A DNA stretch of 64,000 nucleotides from NCBI RefSeq assembly GCF_009914755.1, contig NC_060934.1. The stretch is one strand, 5' to 3'. Position 1 is the first letter of the stretch; each line of letters begins with the position of its first letter. The translations under genes and the position numbers were made by a program. This stretch comes from the human T2T-CHM13v2.0 reference genome, Homo sapiens. The notes beneath the pieces were generated by a model that ran no database searches, was not told the origin of the DNA, and was given only the letters and a program-made list of their open reading frames with translations. Shown here piece after piece: positions 50,901 to 64,000 of this stretch.

Positions 50901-51405
50901 ATCAAACACCACATGTTCTCACTCATAAGTGGGAGTTGAACAATGAGAACACATGGATACAGGGAGGGGAACATCACACACCAGGGTCTGTCGTGGGGTA
51001 TGGGGTTAGGGGAGGGATAGCATTAGGAGAAATATCTAATGTAGATAATGGGTTGATGGGTGCAGCAAACCATCGCAGCACATATATACCTATGTAACAA
51101 GCCTGCATGTTCTGCACATGTATGCCACAACTTAAAGTACAATAAAAACTAAATAAATAAATAAACAAATAAAGTAATAGAATAATTTTGTAAAATACAT
51201 AACTTTATATACACAGGTGAAGAATAAAGAGCAGATGATCCCAAAAGAAAAAATTTAGCATCATGATAGAATTAATTCAAAAATAACAATACTTACTTTA
51301 AATGTAAATGGACTCTACATTCCATTTGAAAAGTTGAAATTGCCAGACAGTGTAAAAAAATCAAGAAATAAATCGATGCTGTTCACAAATGATTCACTTT
51401 AGTTA
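47925..51405 (+). mobile_element. Ancient L1M(E)-type 5' portion (5' UTR, ORF1, start of ORF2 endonuclease), split by an L1PA
   Basis: A-rich ORF1-like tract (AAAGAAAAATTCTTAAAAGCAA; GGAGCCAGAAGACAATGG); after the L1PA, ACTTTAAATGTAAATGGACTC encodes TLNVNGL, the ORF2 EN start. Confidence 0.7.
50080..51175 (+). mobile_element. 5'-truncated L1PA7-like element
   Basis: ORF 50337-50852 is the ORF2p C-terminus with [18 protein letters not shown] knuckle; L1PA 3' UTR; (TAAA)n tail. Confidence 0.93.
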
Positions 51406-53139
51406 TTAATGAACTAAAGAAAAAATGTTGTAGTTTGTATACTTATTCCTTCTGTTGCTTCAACAAATCTTTTTATTTACCTACGCTTCCATTTCCTTAT
51501 TCAGTAAAGAAATATAAAATACCTTGCTTATTGTAAGGCAACATTTATGGAGATACTGTGATGCAACAGAAAAAGCCTAGGACTTACCACCAGACGTAGA
51601 TTGTAATCCTAGAACTTTACTATTTAAAAAAATAAAGCTGTGGTAACTCCTTTACCTTCTTTAAGATTCAGTTTTTTTCCTTAAAAATAGCAAGAGTATT
51701 GGATGATATTCCATGCAATGGGGAAATTTCTCTATGAAAAATCTTTGAAAGATTTAAGATTATTGAAAATAATTGTCGTGGAAATGTTAATCACTCTTCT
51801 TGCCCAATCACGCTCTTTAAAGGACATTGCCTATTCAGAGTCCTAATACAAGCTAAAGATATGTGTGGCATAGAAAGCCATTTAAAAGTAATTAATCTCC
51901 CTTGCCACTATTTTTAAAATCTAAGTTATGTGGTCTGCTGACTCATTAGAACTCAATATTGATAAAGTCTTTATAAATCTATTACCTAGTACTGATATTT
52001 AAAAAGTAGGTGGCAGTAATGAAATAGAAAGAAGAATACATATGAGTTGTAGTTCAGAGACCTTAATGGTCAGGTTCTATGAAGATCTCAAACTTCTACT
52101 ACTGCTTTTTTTCTAGATATTCCCTTATTGCAGAGCTGAACTCCAGCATTAGTATTTATAAATACTACACTTTGTATTTTTTTAATTTTATAAAAATTTT
52201 CCTTACTCTTCTATGCATATCGTTAAAGTAAACTCACTTTATCAGAGCTAGCATGAGTAGGTCTCTGTCCTTGGCCATCAATACTGCACAAACAAAATAG
52301 TGATGCAAAAAGTAAGTTATGAATGGATTGATTGCCTAAATTATTTCTAATGCATATTATAAGGATCATTCGGAATATCATTTAAAGCCAGTAATTCTCA
52401 AATATTTTTCATGTACTACTTATTCCCTTGAGAACTGTGTACTTCATTAAACTACTTTCAAAACAGAAAGTAAAAAGCACATTTTTATATATCTATGAGA
52501 ATGGGGTGGGACATCCAACAATCAAAAAGGAAATCCTTTAAATCAGTGGTTAAAGACTCTAAATGTCTAAATACAATTCTGGTTTGAGAATGGTAAAGAA
52601 CCATTCTCCACAACTTGAGATTCCTGTGTTCCTTATCTATTACTGGAAGTTGAAGATATGCTCATTGTAGAGTCGAATTAAATGGATAATAGGAAAATTG
52701 GTGGAACTGACAAGTTTGATGAGTAGAAAAAGAAATAAAACCTAATTATTGAGAAAGTAAAACTGAATAAGAAATCTCAGCAAAAAGTGAAAAGAAAAAT
52801 TTGATTGTAAAATAAGTTAGCTTAAAGTAAAAAGGAATGTCAGAAAGCATAATTCATATTATTTATATTTATTGCAATGATTTTTTTTTGTTAAGAAGAA
52901 ATAGGAAAACAGTGAACTGTCCTCACAAAAAGAAAATGGCTGAGTAAAATATGGTTGTCTACTTAACCCATAGTTTTAATGTGGAAGCATGTAGTAAGCC
53001 AGATAAATCCACATCATACCCAGATACATTATTGACAATGTAGGCAATCACTGTTCCTTTTTAAATTTAATGAAAATTTGTGAATGATATCTACAAAAAA
53101 GAATTGTGCATGTACAATATGAATTAGTTTATCGGAAGT

Positions 53140-53260
53140 AAATTATCTCAGGAATCAAACCTGGGTTCTGAATTGAGCTTAATTTGTGTAAGCTGTGGAA
53201 ACTTGGGTAGATTACTTAATTTCTCTGAATCTCAAATTCTTCATATGTAATATAACCTTA
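53140..53260 (+). mobile_element. MIR fragment
   Basis: CCTGGGTTCTG...CTTGGGTAGATTACTTAATTTCTCTGAATCTCA. Confidence 0.55.
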
Positions 53261-54615
53261 GCTATAATTAATTTTAAGTATTTAATGTGCTATTCTATGA
53301 ACATATGATACATATTATAAAGCAATATTCAACTTTACATTGTGTTTATTATTGTTGTTGTTACTACATCACTGTCCTCAGTGGACTGGAAATTTCTTGT
53401 AAGTGGAAAGAATACCTCTCATTTTCATATTGGCCAAGATGCCTGGAAGATTATACTGTAACATATTTAGGAAAATGGAAGCAACAATGAGACAAATCTT
53501 GGAAATACTTTACATATTTTTGCTTTTGTTTGTCAATTAATCTTTTTCTTTTGAGATAATTGTAGCTTCATGTGTCAGTTTTAATAAATAATGGAGTGAT
53601 ATTCCATGTGTCCTTTTTCTAGATCATCTCAATGTTATTATCTTTCAAAATTGTAGAACAATATCATCACCAGAATGCCGACAATGATACAGCCAAGATA
53701 CACAATATTTCCATTACCAAAAGAAATTCTTAGTTCTATTTCTTAGTTACATCTACTTTTGTCTTTAAATCTTGGCAAGAATTAATCTGTTATCTTTTGA
53801 TATAATTTTGTCATTTCAATCATATTATATAGATGGAAGTATACAGCTTTAATCTTTTGAAATTGGATTTTATTTTCACTCAGAATAATTGCCTGAAGAT
53901 TTATCTAGGTTGTTGTGTTTCAATAGTTCATTTCCTTTCATTTCTCAGCAGTATTCCATGGTATGGATGTAGTACAGATAGTTTTACCGTGAAGGACATT
54001 CAGATGGTTTCCGTTTTTGAGCTATCATGAAGAAATCTGTTATGACTATTCATGAACAGATATTTGCGTGAACATAAATTTTCATTTCTATTAAACAAAT
54101 GCCTATTTGAGTATAATTCTCGGTCATATCATATTTGTGTATTTAGTTTTTTTAGTGACCTGTCAAACGTTATCAAGGGAGGCTTAAAAAGTATGGCAGC
54201 AATGTGTGAGTGGTCCAGAATTGCCCTGTCTTTGCCACATTTAGTGTTGCCACTATATATATATTTTTTAATTTTAGTCATTCTCAAAGATGTGTAGTGG
54301 TATCTCATTGTGTTTTCAATTTGCATTTCCGTAATAGCTAATGGTGTTGAGCCTCTTTTCATGTGCTTATTTTCCATTTTCAAATTGTCGCCAGTTAAAT
54401 TTCTCTTTAAGTTTTGTTTTGTTCTGTTTTATCTGTTTTCTAAGTGGATCATTAGTTTAAAAATAAAACACTACTGAGTTTTCAGTGTTCTTACTATATT
54501 TTAGACACTGGTCTTTTATCAAACATGTAGTTTCCAAATTATTTTTCCACTCTGGAGCTTGCATTCTTATTCTCTCAACAGGGTGTTTTGTATCACAAAA
54601 TATTTTAATTTTATT

Positions 54616-54731
54616 TAATTTTATTTTAGTAGAGTTCTCGCTATGTTGTCCAGGCTGGTCTTGAACTCATGGACTCAAGTGATCCTCCCACCTTGACTTC
54701 CAAAAGTTCTGGAATTACACTGTGTCTGGCC
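54616..54731 (-). mobile_element. FLAM_C / Alu left monomer
   Basis: CTCGCTATGTTGTCCAGGCTGGTCTTGAACTC...CTGGCC; ATTTTAATTTTA on both flanks. Confidence 0.8.
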
Positions 54732-55182
54732 TAGATTTTAATTTTAATCAAGCCTATTTTGTCATTTTTTTTTCATTTATGGATCATGCATTTGCTGTTA
54801 AAGCTAAGAAATAATTGCCTAGCTTTCAATTTCAAATATTTTATTCCATTAATTTTTGAAGTTTTATAATTTTACATTTAAGTTCATGATTCATATTAAT
54901 TTTTGCATAAAGTATGTGTTTTAGATCAAGGAAATCAAAGTTCTTTTGTTTTGCTTATAGATGTCCACTTGCTCTGGCATCATTTTTGAAAAGGCTATCG
55001 CTCCTTCACTAAGTTGCTTTTACGATTTTATTAGAATTCTTTATGGACATTTAGGCGGATAAATTTTCATGATTTCTAATGTGTTCTGTTTATCTATGTG
55101 TCTATTGTTCTGCAAATATTAGACAGCATACAAGCCTAATATATGGTTACTGTAGCTATGTATTAGTCTTGAAATGAGGTAG

Positions 55183-55509
<327 letters not shown>

Positions 55510-56572
55510 AGTTCATCTTTTAAATATTTTTTTAGCTATCCAATTCCTTGACATTTCCACATACATTTAAAAATTATCTTGCCCATATCTACAAAAAATT
55601 ATTTCTGGGATTTTTATAGGAATTATGTTAAACCTGTACAAAAATTTGGGAAAAATTGCTATTTCTACTGAGTAATTCAATTCATGAAAAGAAAAACAAA
55701 AGTTTCCGTTCATTTTTATCTTTTTTGTTTTCATTCATCACTTTTAAAATATTTTTCAGCATACAAGTCTTATAAATGTGTTGTTAGCTTTGCATCTAAG
55801 CATTTTTTAAGGGGGCAAGAGAGGTGATTATAAGTGGTATTGTATTTTGTTTAATTCTGGAGACCATTTGTTGCTTTCTGTATGATTTCTTTTTGTAAAT
55901 TCCTGGAGATTTCCAATATAGACAATCATGTCACCTGCCAATATAGACAGTTTATTTCTACTTCCCTGATTTGTATGCCTTTCATTTCCTATTTTTGATT
56001 TATGGCACTGACTATATCTTGCAGCATATGTTGAATATAAATAGTGAGAACAGACAACCTTTTCTTGTTTCTAATATTAGAGGGGAAGCATTCAGACTTT
56101 CACCCTGCAATGTAATATTAGCTATACATATTTTGTTGATGTTCTTCATGAAGTTGAATAAATTATCCTCTATTCTTGTGAGCATTTATGTCATAAGTAA
56201 GTGTTAATTCTGTGAAGTGTTTTTCTGCATTGATCGGTATTATCATATGGTTTTTCTTCATTAGCCTTCTAATATATTGAATTACCAAATATTGAACCAG
56301 TCTTGAAACCTCGTCATGACAGACTTGAATATGGCTTATATATATATTTTTTACATACTGATGAATTCTATTTGCTAACTTTTGTTAAGGATAGTTACAT
56401 CTATATTCATAAGAGATATTGGTTCATAGGTTATTTATTGTAATTTTTTCATGTTGGTATGGTAATAATAGCTTCATAATCATAACTGATAAGTATTTAC
56501 TCCTCTTCTACTTTGTAGAAGGTTGTGTAGATTTGGTTTGAATCTTCTTTAAAATTTGATAAATTATTCTAG

Positions 56573-57460
56573 CCTAGAATGATTATACATGTGATAATAG
56601 ATTAGAGTTGGAGACATAAATATGTACTAATATTTTGCTAAATAAAGATGCAAATGACTATAAAAAATCACAGATGTATGTATACACAAATGTGTATACA
56701 CACATCCAGTTTATTTCTGTCAAGTGTTAGGGCCTGAAAAAAAATGTTACCCAGTAGCAATAAACATACCTGGCATCAGAATCATGCTCCAATAGAAGAA
56801 ACCAGGGTTTCTTGGAAAAATGATTGATTCTAAAATTGAGAAAGGAAATATACAAGATAACCCTACAGCAAGCTGTAATACCAGAAACCAAGGAAATGCT
56901 AAAAACAAACAATCCCCACACTGATGGGGGTATGTTAAAAGGACACAGGTGCTAACAGAAGAAGTACCAATAGGCCAAGCCAGAAAAGAACTGATCCACA
57001 GAATACTTAGGGCAGGATTGGAATATAATCCAAAGTATGCAATAAATATCCACGAGCCTATACAAATACAGATAAATAACTGAGTAGATAAACAAATGAG
57101 GGAGAAGAGATAAGTAAACTGTGCAGAACTTCATATAATTGTGTAGATACTCTATCCTCAAGAGGTGAGCATAAGTCTCCACACCATAAGTGTGAACTGC
57201 ATTGAGACTTTCATCCATTGAGTATAGTGAAGAAAGGTAGAAAAATGCATCATGTAAAAACCATTACTGCAACAAAGTGATCCAGGTCAACATTGATAGT
57301 GATAAATTACATTGATAGTGTAGACCTGTGAAATTCTGTGATTAAAATGGCAACTTTATCAGTATGATTTTCCTTTGAAAAACCCATAATCCCACTATGA
57401 GCATTAAAAAAAAAATCAGACAAATTTCATGAGAGAGGAATTCTACAAAATGCCTGACTC
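56573..57460 (+). mobile_element. L1MC3-like 3' UTR fragment
   Basis: TAGATTAGAGTTGGAGACAT...AACCAGGGTTTCTTGGAAAAATGATTGATTCTA...GTGATCCAGGTCAACAT. Confidence 0.7.
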
Positions 57461-57972
57461 TCAATGTTTCTAATGAGAGAGGAGTCTTAAATAGATAATG
57501 CTTTAGAAGAGTTAAAACTGCAAGTTAAGTGAATATTAAATTGTCAGAGACTAATAGTGGGATTCCTTGCGAATAGGTTTGCTTAGATCTTAGAGAAGAG
57601 ATCAAGAAAAGGTGAGGAAAAGAATCCCTGTAGATAAGAAGTTATGGGTCAGAGAGGAAAACTTGGGAGCATCAAAGATAAAACCTTAAGAAACGTATCA
57701 TTTTCTATGGGTCTCATCTTGACTATTCCTCTTCTTTCTTATTTTGGTGGGGCAGGCTTTTTCTGAGGACCCCGGTTTAATAATTAGGATATCAAGAGAT
57801 GGTAATATTCACAAAATACAGAAAAGAGAACTTATCTAATCCACACTTTATGAGCAAAGATTTCTATCTAAATTTTTATTAAACACTGAATTTTTTGTTT
57901 ACTTGTGAGGTTTTTATGTTATAGAAATTTTTAAATGACATGCATTAAATAATCAAATAAGCATCATCTTTT

Positions 57973-58495
57973 ATTATCATTATTATACTTTAAGTTCTGG
58001 GGTACATGTGCAGAAAGTGCAGGTTTGTTACACAGGTATACATGTGCCATGGTAGTTTGCTGAACCTATCAACCCATCATCTACATTAGGTATTTCTCCT
58101 AATGCTATTCCTCCCCTAGCCCCCTACCCCTCGACAGGCCCCATGTGTGATGTTCCTCTCCCTGCGTTGATGTGTTCTCATTGTTCAACTCCCACTTATG
58201 AGTGAGAACTGCAGTGTTTAATTTTCTGTTCTTGCATTAGTTTGCTGAGAATGATGGTTTCCAGCTTCATCCATGTCCCTGCAAAGGACATGAACTCATC
58301 CTTTTTATGGCTGCATAGTATTCCATGGTATATATGTGCCACATTTTCTTTATCCAGTCTATCACTGATGGGTATTTGGGTTGGTTCCAAGTCTTTTCTA
58401 TTGTGAACAGTGCCGCAATAAATATACGTGTGCGTGTGTCTTTATAGTAGAATGATTTATAATCCGTTGGGTATATACCTACTAATGGGATTGCA
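57973..58495 (-). mobile_element. 5'-truncated L1PA6/7-like element with perfect 18-19 bp TSD
   Basis: TSD AAATAAGCATCATCTTTT(A) at 57955 and 58496; TTTT/AA endonuclease site; L1PA 3' UTR. Confidence 0.95.
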
Positions 58496-58789
58496 AAATA
58501 AGCATCATCTTTTAAAAGCAGTCTACATGTGATATTTTACCTAATTTTTAACTGCTATACATGATTTTTAGAACTTTTAGATTTCAATTTAATTCAAAGC
58601 AACACTTTTTTGAATATTATTTCCACATTTCAGATTTCTATTGTTCCTTCAGAGTGCAACTGCTGTATGGGTTCACCATTACTTGCCTTTCTTGTTTTAT
58701 ATTTTTTTCTTTAATTTTTATAAACAGACACATATATCTGCAGCTCTCACACAATATTCATAATAAAATGAACTGAATATATGGTGCAG

Positions 58790-59045
58790 TCCCTATCTTG
58801 GAGAAAGATGACATGGGTTCACATCTTGGATTTACTGTGTATTAACTTTGTGTGATTTAGCAAGATGTTCCACCTTGTGCTTCAAACTCTTCCTCTGTAA
58901 ACTGGCAATGATAATAGCAAAATTTTCACAAAGGGTTACAGTGAAAAATTAAGAGAGTTGATACATAAAAAAATCACTGAGAGAAATTTCTACAATATTA
59001 TAAACACTCAATACGTGTTAAGCATGACTATTACTATATTATTAG
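58790..59045 (+). mobile_element. MIR SINE
   Basis: GACATGGGTTCACATCTTGG...TTCCTCTGTAAACTGGCAATGATAATAG...TAAACACTCAATA. Confidence 0.65.
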
Positions 59046-59406
59046 GTGTAGTGGTATTATTAATAGCTCTATTAATATGCACTGAAAAGGATGATGAGTA
59101 ATATTGACTAAGTTCCAGTCACTAGGAAGAAGACACCATGTCTCACGCATTTTCATGCTGTTATTCATGTTCTCTTATTTAATTAGTCATTAAAAATTGT
59201 CTGTATTTTAAATCACAAGTGAGGATTACAGATGAGGATCCCATATATCATAAAAGGTTCAAAATATCAAACAGAACTACTTTCTTAAAAGAATTTGAGA
59301 GATAGGCAAGTTTCAATATATTTTCAAATTTTCACTCTTCTTTTACACAAAAGTTGCTAATAAGCCCAGATTTTCATTTTCTCTTAATTTTTGATCCATT
59401 TATCTT

Positions 59407-59407
<1 letters not shown>

Positions 59408-59450
<43 letters not shown>
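59408..59450. repeat. (TATC)10 tetranucleotide STR
   Basis: Perfect TATC x10 plus TAT. Confidence 0.98.
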
Positions 59451-59499
59451 GCAATACAACAGGAGAAATAAAAACTATGAAAGTAACAGCAATAAGCTG

Positions 59500-59725
59500 T
59501 TTCTAGATGGTCAGCATTCCTACAGGTTATTTTCAAGCATTGTGTCAGTTAATCTAGCAATCCTCTCTTAGGCAACTACCAATTATTTATTAATATTTAT
59601 ATACAAGGAAACTGAGTCCTAGAAAGTAAGTTATTTGTCAGCATGCTCATAACTGAAAAGTGCCAAAGCCAGGATTCAAACCCATATTCTTTAATACCAA
59701 AACCCAAATTCTTAACCATTAGACA
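59500..59725 (-). mobile_element. MIR SINE
   Basis: AAGGAAACTGAGTCCTAGA...GCCAGGATTCAAACCCA...TTCTTAACCA. Confidence 0.7.
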
Positions 59726-62199
59726 AATCTAAGTCTTTAAAGAATAGAGCACAGTTCGTATACATTCTACCTCTGAATAGTGTTATAAAAGACTTCTAGG
59801 GTTCCACCCAAACATTAGATGGAAAAGTTACCAAAAGCAAGACCTTCTCCTTTAGAATACCTTATAAAGGACAAGCAGTTGTTCAATTTAGGCTATGCTC
59901 TGTCAGTCCTTTAAAAAAGTATTTCCTGTCTTCAATTCAGTGGAATTGCACATGGAATTGCACTAAAAATTACAGGATATAAAAAGTACTCTAAAGTTCT
60001 TATTGCCCTAAAACAACAAACCATATTTTTATAGGATCGCACTTGTCACTTACAGGAGAAATTTCCAGTCCTTTATCTGTTCTCACTGTGCTGGCATCTC
60101 TTTATTGTTTCAGCGTTTTAGAAAACTATCTGTAGCCCAAATTAAAAATTAAAAAAAAAAAAAAAGAAAAAGTAGTCAAATCTCATTCCAATCTCTTCAT
60201 TACAATGCTACTTTGCTTCAAAGTAAGTGTGGAACTATTGAAATAAGATCATTGTAACTCTGAGACTTATCTTTGACAGAGTCAGCATTATGAAAGAAAC
60301 TGAATTTTTTGTAGAGAATGAGACATATTAGTGAATAATAGGGGCTTTTTACAGAAGTATAGAAGGAGTAGGTGATAACACAAATGACTTGAAAATTTAA
60401 TGATTAATGTACAGACGTACTATCTTCATTTTGAAGACTGTTGTGAATTTTTCTACTTCATAGCCAAAAGGAAAGTGGACAATATCCCTCCTCTGCAAAG
60501 ATTAACATCACTCCCCAATCTCTGTCCAAAAGTTGAATTGCTCTTATCACTGATGGCAATTTCTGAATATCAACTATTGCATTAAATATTGAATTATTAC
60601 ACAGATCACACATTCCTTTTGGCTCTGCTGTATCCACAAATAAACGTTAGCCCTCAGAAATTATAATCTAATATTCAAGAAAAATAGAGACTTCTAGTCT
60701 CTAAAGGTTCTTCTCAATGAAGTGATACCTATACTACAGCCTCTGGTTCTATCACTATCTGACCCCAAAATCACATTTTTGATGACCAGTCATGAAGCTG
60801 TGCCATGATTAAAGCAATGTTTTTCCAGGTCTCCAGTAAGACTTTTTGTTTACAGTGTGAACATGTTTGTCTCAGGCACTCAACATATTGCTGCTTTGGT
60901 TTCACTACCTCTCTCTCAAGCACTTTCACTTTCATTACGGCTAATAATACAAACTCCAAACAACTATCTTTAGCTATTATCTCCTCATTTTTCTCCTTGA
61001 CCATACACTTTGGCAATTCCCTAGGGGATAATATTATATCTCCAGATTTCAATAGTTGTATTTATCCCCTGTTATTTGCCTCAGAGATTTCACTACTATA
61101 ATTCCTAGGTGGGTTGGTGGGCCTTTAGGCATCGATCAACTTCTCTTCATTCCCTTCCCACCACTGTTCTTTCTCCCACAACATAGTGATTGGTCCTATA
61201 GAATCAAAGAAAGCCTAGACAATTCCTCACTCTACTCAATGGCAGGACAGCTGTGGTTCTGAAATTGTACTGGCAACCAGACTCATGAGAAACAAATAAG
61301 TTTAATCTAATGCTGTATTTATTTGGCTTTATAAAAAGGATACAAGGAAGGAGATACAGAAGGCACAACATGTTCATCTCATCAGGAAGTTTTCGAGCTA
61401 CCAAATACAGAATGTATTTTATCCCCTTAATTCACCCAGAGCTTCCCAGAAAAAAGCCAATAAGTGTGTTGGTCATCTTAAAACATAGAAGCAAGAGCCC
61501 CCTTTCCCATCAATCTTTTATACTATTTTAGGCATGCAGAGCCAAGCCAGCATGCTAACTTACAAATATTCAACCAGCTGTGTTCCAATCGAAGCAGACA
61601 AAACACAGCCAGTTTATCTTAATGTGGCTGTTTTCAAGGAAACAATGCTGTAAAGACCAAGTTAATTTTTAGACAGGCCTGCATCAATGATGTCTTGATG
61701 TTAGTATTTCATTAACTGACCTTCATCTGTATCTTTCAGCACAGGACTCGGTGGATTATCTCTCATTCCCTTTTAGTGTATATAGAACTCAGAATGATTC
61801 CCTTAAAGTTAAATGTATCACTGCTATATCTTTTCTGCTTCATAGTGCCAATACAAAGGTAGGTTTGTACTTCTCCCTTCCACATTAATCCCAAATGGCC
61901 AGAGTCATCACAGAACAGTATTGTGAGGGCTGGCAACATGATTTGCAGAGACTTTTGCTCAAAACACAGGAGAAACATGACCTATGACCTTTAGGATACT
62001 AAAATTAAAATGTTTGTTGACCTCAAATGTTTATTTACATGCTGTTGATGTTGCTGTAAGAAAAATTAACATTTTCAGTTATTAGCATGAATTTTACCAT
62101 TCATTTTTCTGTTGAGCAATACAAATTGCAAATGCTGATAATTGAATATTTGCCGTGTGTATGGAATCACTGAAATCACACAAATGGTAGTTTCCGGCT

Positions 62200-62200
62200 C

Positions 62201-62240
<40 letters not shown>

Positions 62241-62250
62241 ATTGTGTATA

Positions 62251-62282
<32 letters not shown>

Positions 62283-62300
62283 CACACAGGTATATATACA
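62200..62300. repeat. Compound (TG)n/(TA)n microsatellite
   Basis: Read directly. Confidence 0.95.
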
Positions 62301-62328
62301 ATTTTAAATACATAATTCTTACAAGAAC

Positions 62329-62713
62329 TGTAACAAGAAAACCTGGAATTGTAAACAAACAAACAAACAAAAAAAACCTTCCTCCAAACAGGGAGGGAGC
62401 TGAGAGACAAAAGAATGACTCAGAAAAGTCCAGTTTGGTGAGTAGATGAGTTTATTAGGACCTAAATACGAGGTGCTCCTGGATGGCAGCAGGACAGCTT
62501 TGGGGATCTCTAAGCTGCTTTTAGGCTAATTTTCTGCTCTTTGCCTACTGTGTGTGTGTGTATGTGATGGGACTTTATCTGAGGTTGTCAGATATTCTTC
62601 AAGATGTTTGGGTTCTCAGAGACACCTGCTCCTTGGATCATTGCCCAGAGTTTAGGTTTCAGGCTGCAGATATTCACCCTTAAGTAACCTTGTGGGGGAC
62701 CCATCACACTACA
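62329..62713 (-). mobile_element. LTR32-like (ERVL class) 3' LTR
   Basis: Minus strand starts TGTAGTGTGATGGGTCCCCCACAAGGTTACTTAAGGGTG and ends TTACA; AATAAA near 62451; purine tract adjacent at 62714. Confidence 0.7.
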
Positions 62714-63980
62714 ATCCATCCTGTCCCCAGCTCTTACATTCTTTCTGCCAATCTTATGTGAGAGGCAATGAGCAAAGTACTAGGGGAAAAACTACACAAG
62801 TCTATAATGTATAGCCATAACTCTTACACACAGGATGCACCCCCAGTACACACAACAGCATAAAAAGCAGGATGTGACTAAAATTAAGATGCCTATTAGC
62901 AAAATATAACTCCAATGAGTAGGAAAGGTGTGTAACAAATTTGAGAATGAGTCAAAGAAACTTAATCAGGCTATATCATAGATCTGAGTTGACAAATGAT
63001 GTAAAGCATCTGTGACATTATTTTCTTCATCAGGAATATAGGCACAACAGTAGTGCCAATAAGGGCACCTGCTATTGGGTCTCCATTGCATTGGTGATCA
63101 AGCCTCTGGATGGATGCAATCCACAAGGAGCCTGGGTGCATTATTGGTGCTGTTGAGTTCTGTCTAGAGAATGGCATTGTATTTATTTAAGGCATACCAC
63201 TATCATTTAATAGGAGGAGGTATACATATACCCAATAATCGGACTGATTGTTGACTGCTGCTGTAGTCACAACCCAGACAAGGAAGACATTACTTGTTGC
63301 CATACAGTTGCCATGGGTAGCAGGAACAAAAGCTTATGGGTATAAACACAGGTATCCAGTAGGGACCATCATGGGCGTATCCATTTCTTATAACATTATT
63401 ACTGCTGTATTTTTTCTCATTGGCACCACAAAGGGCCACTGTAGGCTCCAGGCCTGGCTTACAGTGCCATATACATGACTTCCCTCTTTAGGATTGGGCA
63501 TAATAACCAAATGGTAAGTTTCTAGCCTTGCCCACACTATCCCACTCTGACTGCTCCTGCAAGTATTGGTGCTGCTGCATGTTGATATCTTAAGGCTCTC
63601 AGATCACCATCAAGGAGCACAGCTCAGATCACCTACCTCTGGCAGTCCTTGTGGTGGCCTCTGGTGCCATAAAACCGACCCAGTATGGGGCCACTTTCCA
63701 GCTCAACTTCAGGTCCATACAGCCATCGCCACTTGGTAGATCCACTGGTGTTCTCAGGAGCACAGTCTGACCATCTGCTTCAGAGAATGGCTTAGAGTCT
63801 CAGAGGTAACCCTGAGAGCTTGCAGGGCCTGTTTTACAGGCCAACCATTCATAAGGAGTGATGCCATGTGTGGTAGTGAGTGACCCATTCAAAGATTGCA
63901 TGGCTTCATTGAGATTCTTGGTCCAGGACCTTAAAGAGCAAGCCTGGGACAGTGCATGAGAGTTGGATTTTCAACAGGGC
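62714..63980 (-). mobile_element. ERV internal remnant (HERVL32-like): integrase end plus deleted env
   Basis: Minus-strand translations: WTKNLNEAMQSLNG..GITPYEWL (integrase), CCAYIPDEENNVTDAL (TM loop), WSYILLIGILILVTSCFLCCCVYW (membrane anchor). Confidence 0.75.
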
Positions 63981-64000
63981 TTTTTTTTTTTTTTTTCCCA

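Overview
AT-rich, CpG-depleted mammalian DNA from a simian, probably catarrhine (human/ape-like) primate, judged from AluY/S/J, L1PA7/8, THE1B/D and LTR12/HERV9. Roughly half of the window is recognisable transposable-element debris: ERVL pol, two LTR1-family solo LTRs, THE1D and THE1B, a deleted HERV9 provirus, MLT1/MLT2A/MER21/LTR33, an LTR32-type ERV with env, many L1s, Alus, MIRs and Tigger/MER DNA transposons. I find no supportable cellular protein-coding gene, RNA gene or CRISPR array. Every ORF with recognisable protein motifs is a decayed retroelement fragment. I cannot support a new biological system. The best leads are: an unassigned poly(A)-tailed ~180 bp retro-insert inside a MIR; several template-switch (fold-back) footprints; identical TTAT/GTAT flanks on two independent LTR1-family LTRs; a class III-type ERV retaining an env TM; DUX4 and NF-Y motifs in LTRs; and three candidate plus-strand exons. 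Family names come from recalled consensus sequences, not a search, so subfamily labels and old-repeat boundaries are approximate.
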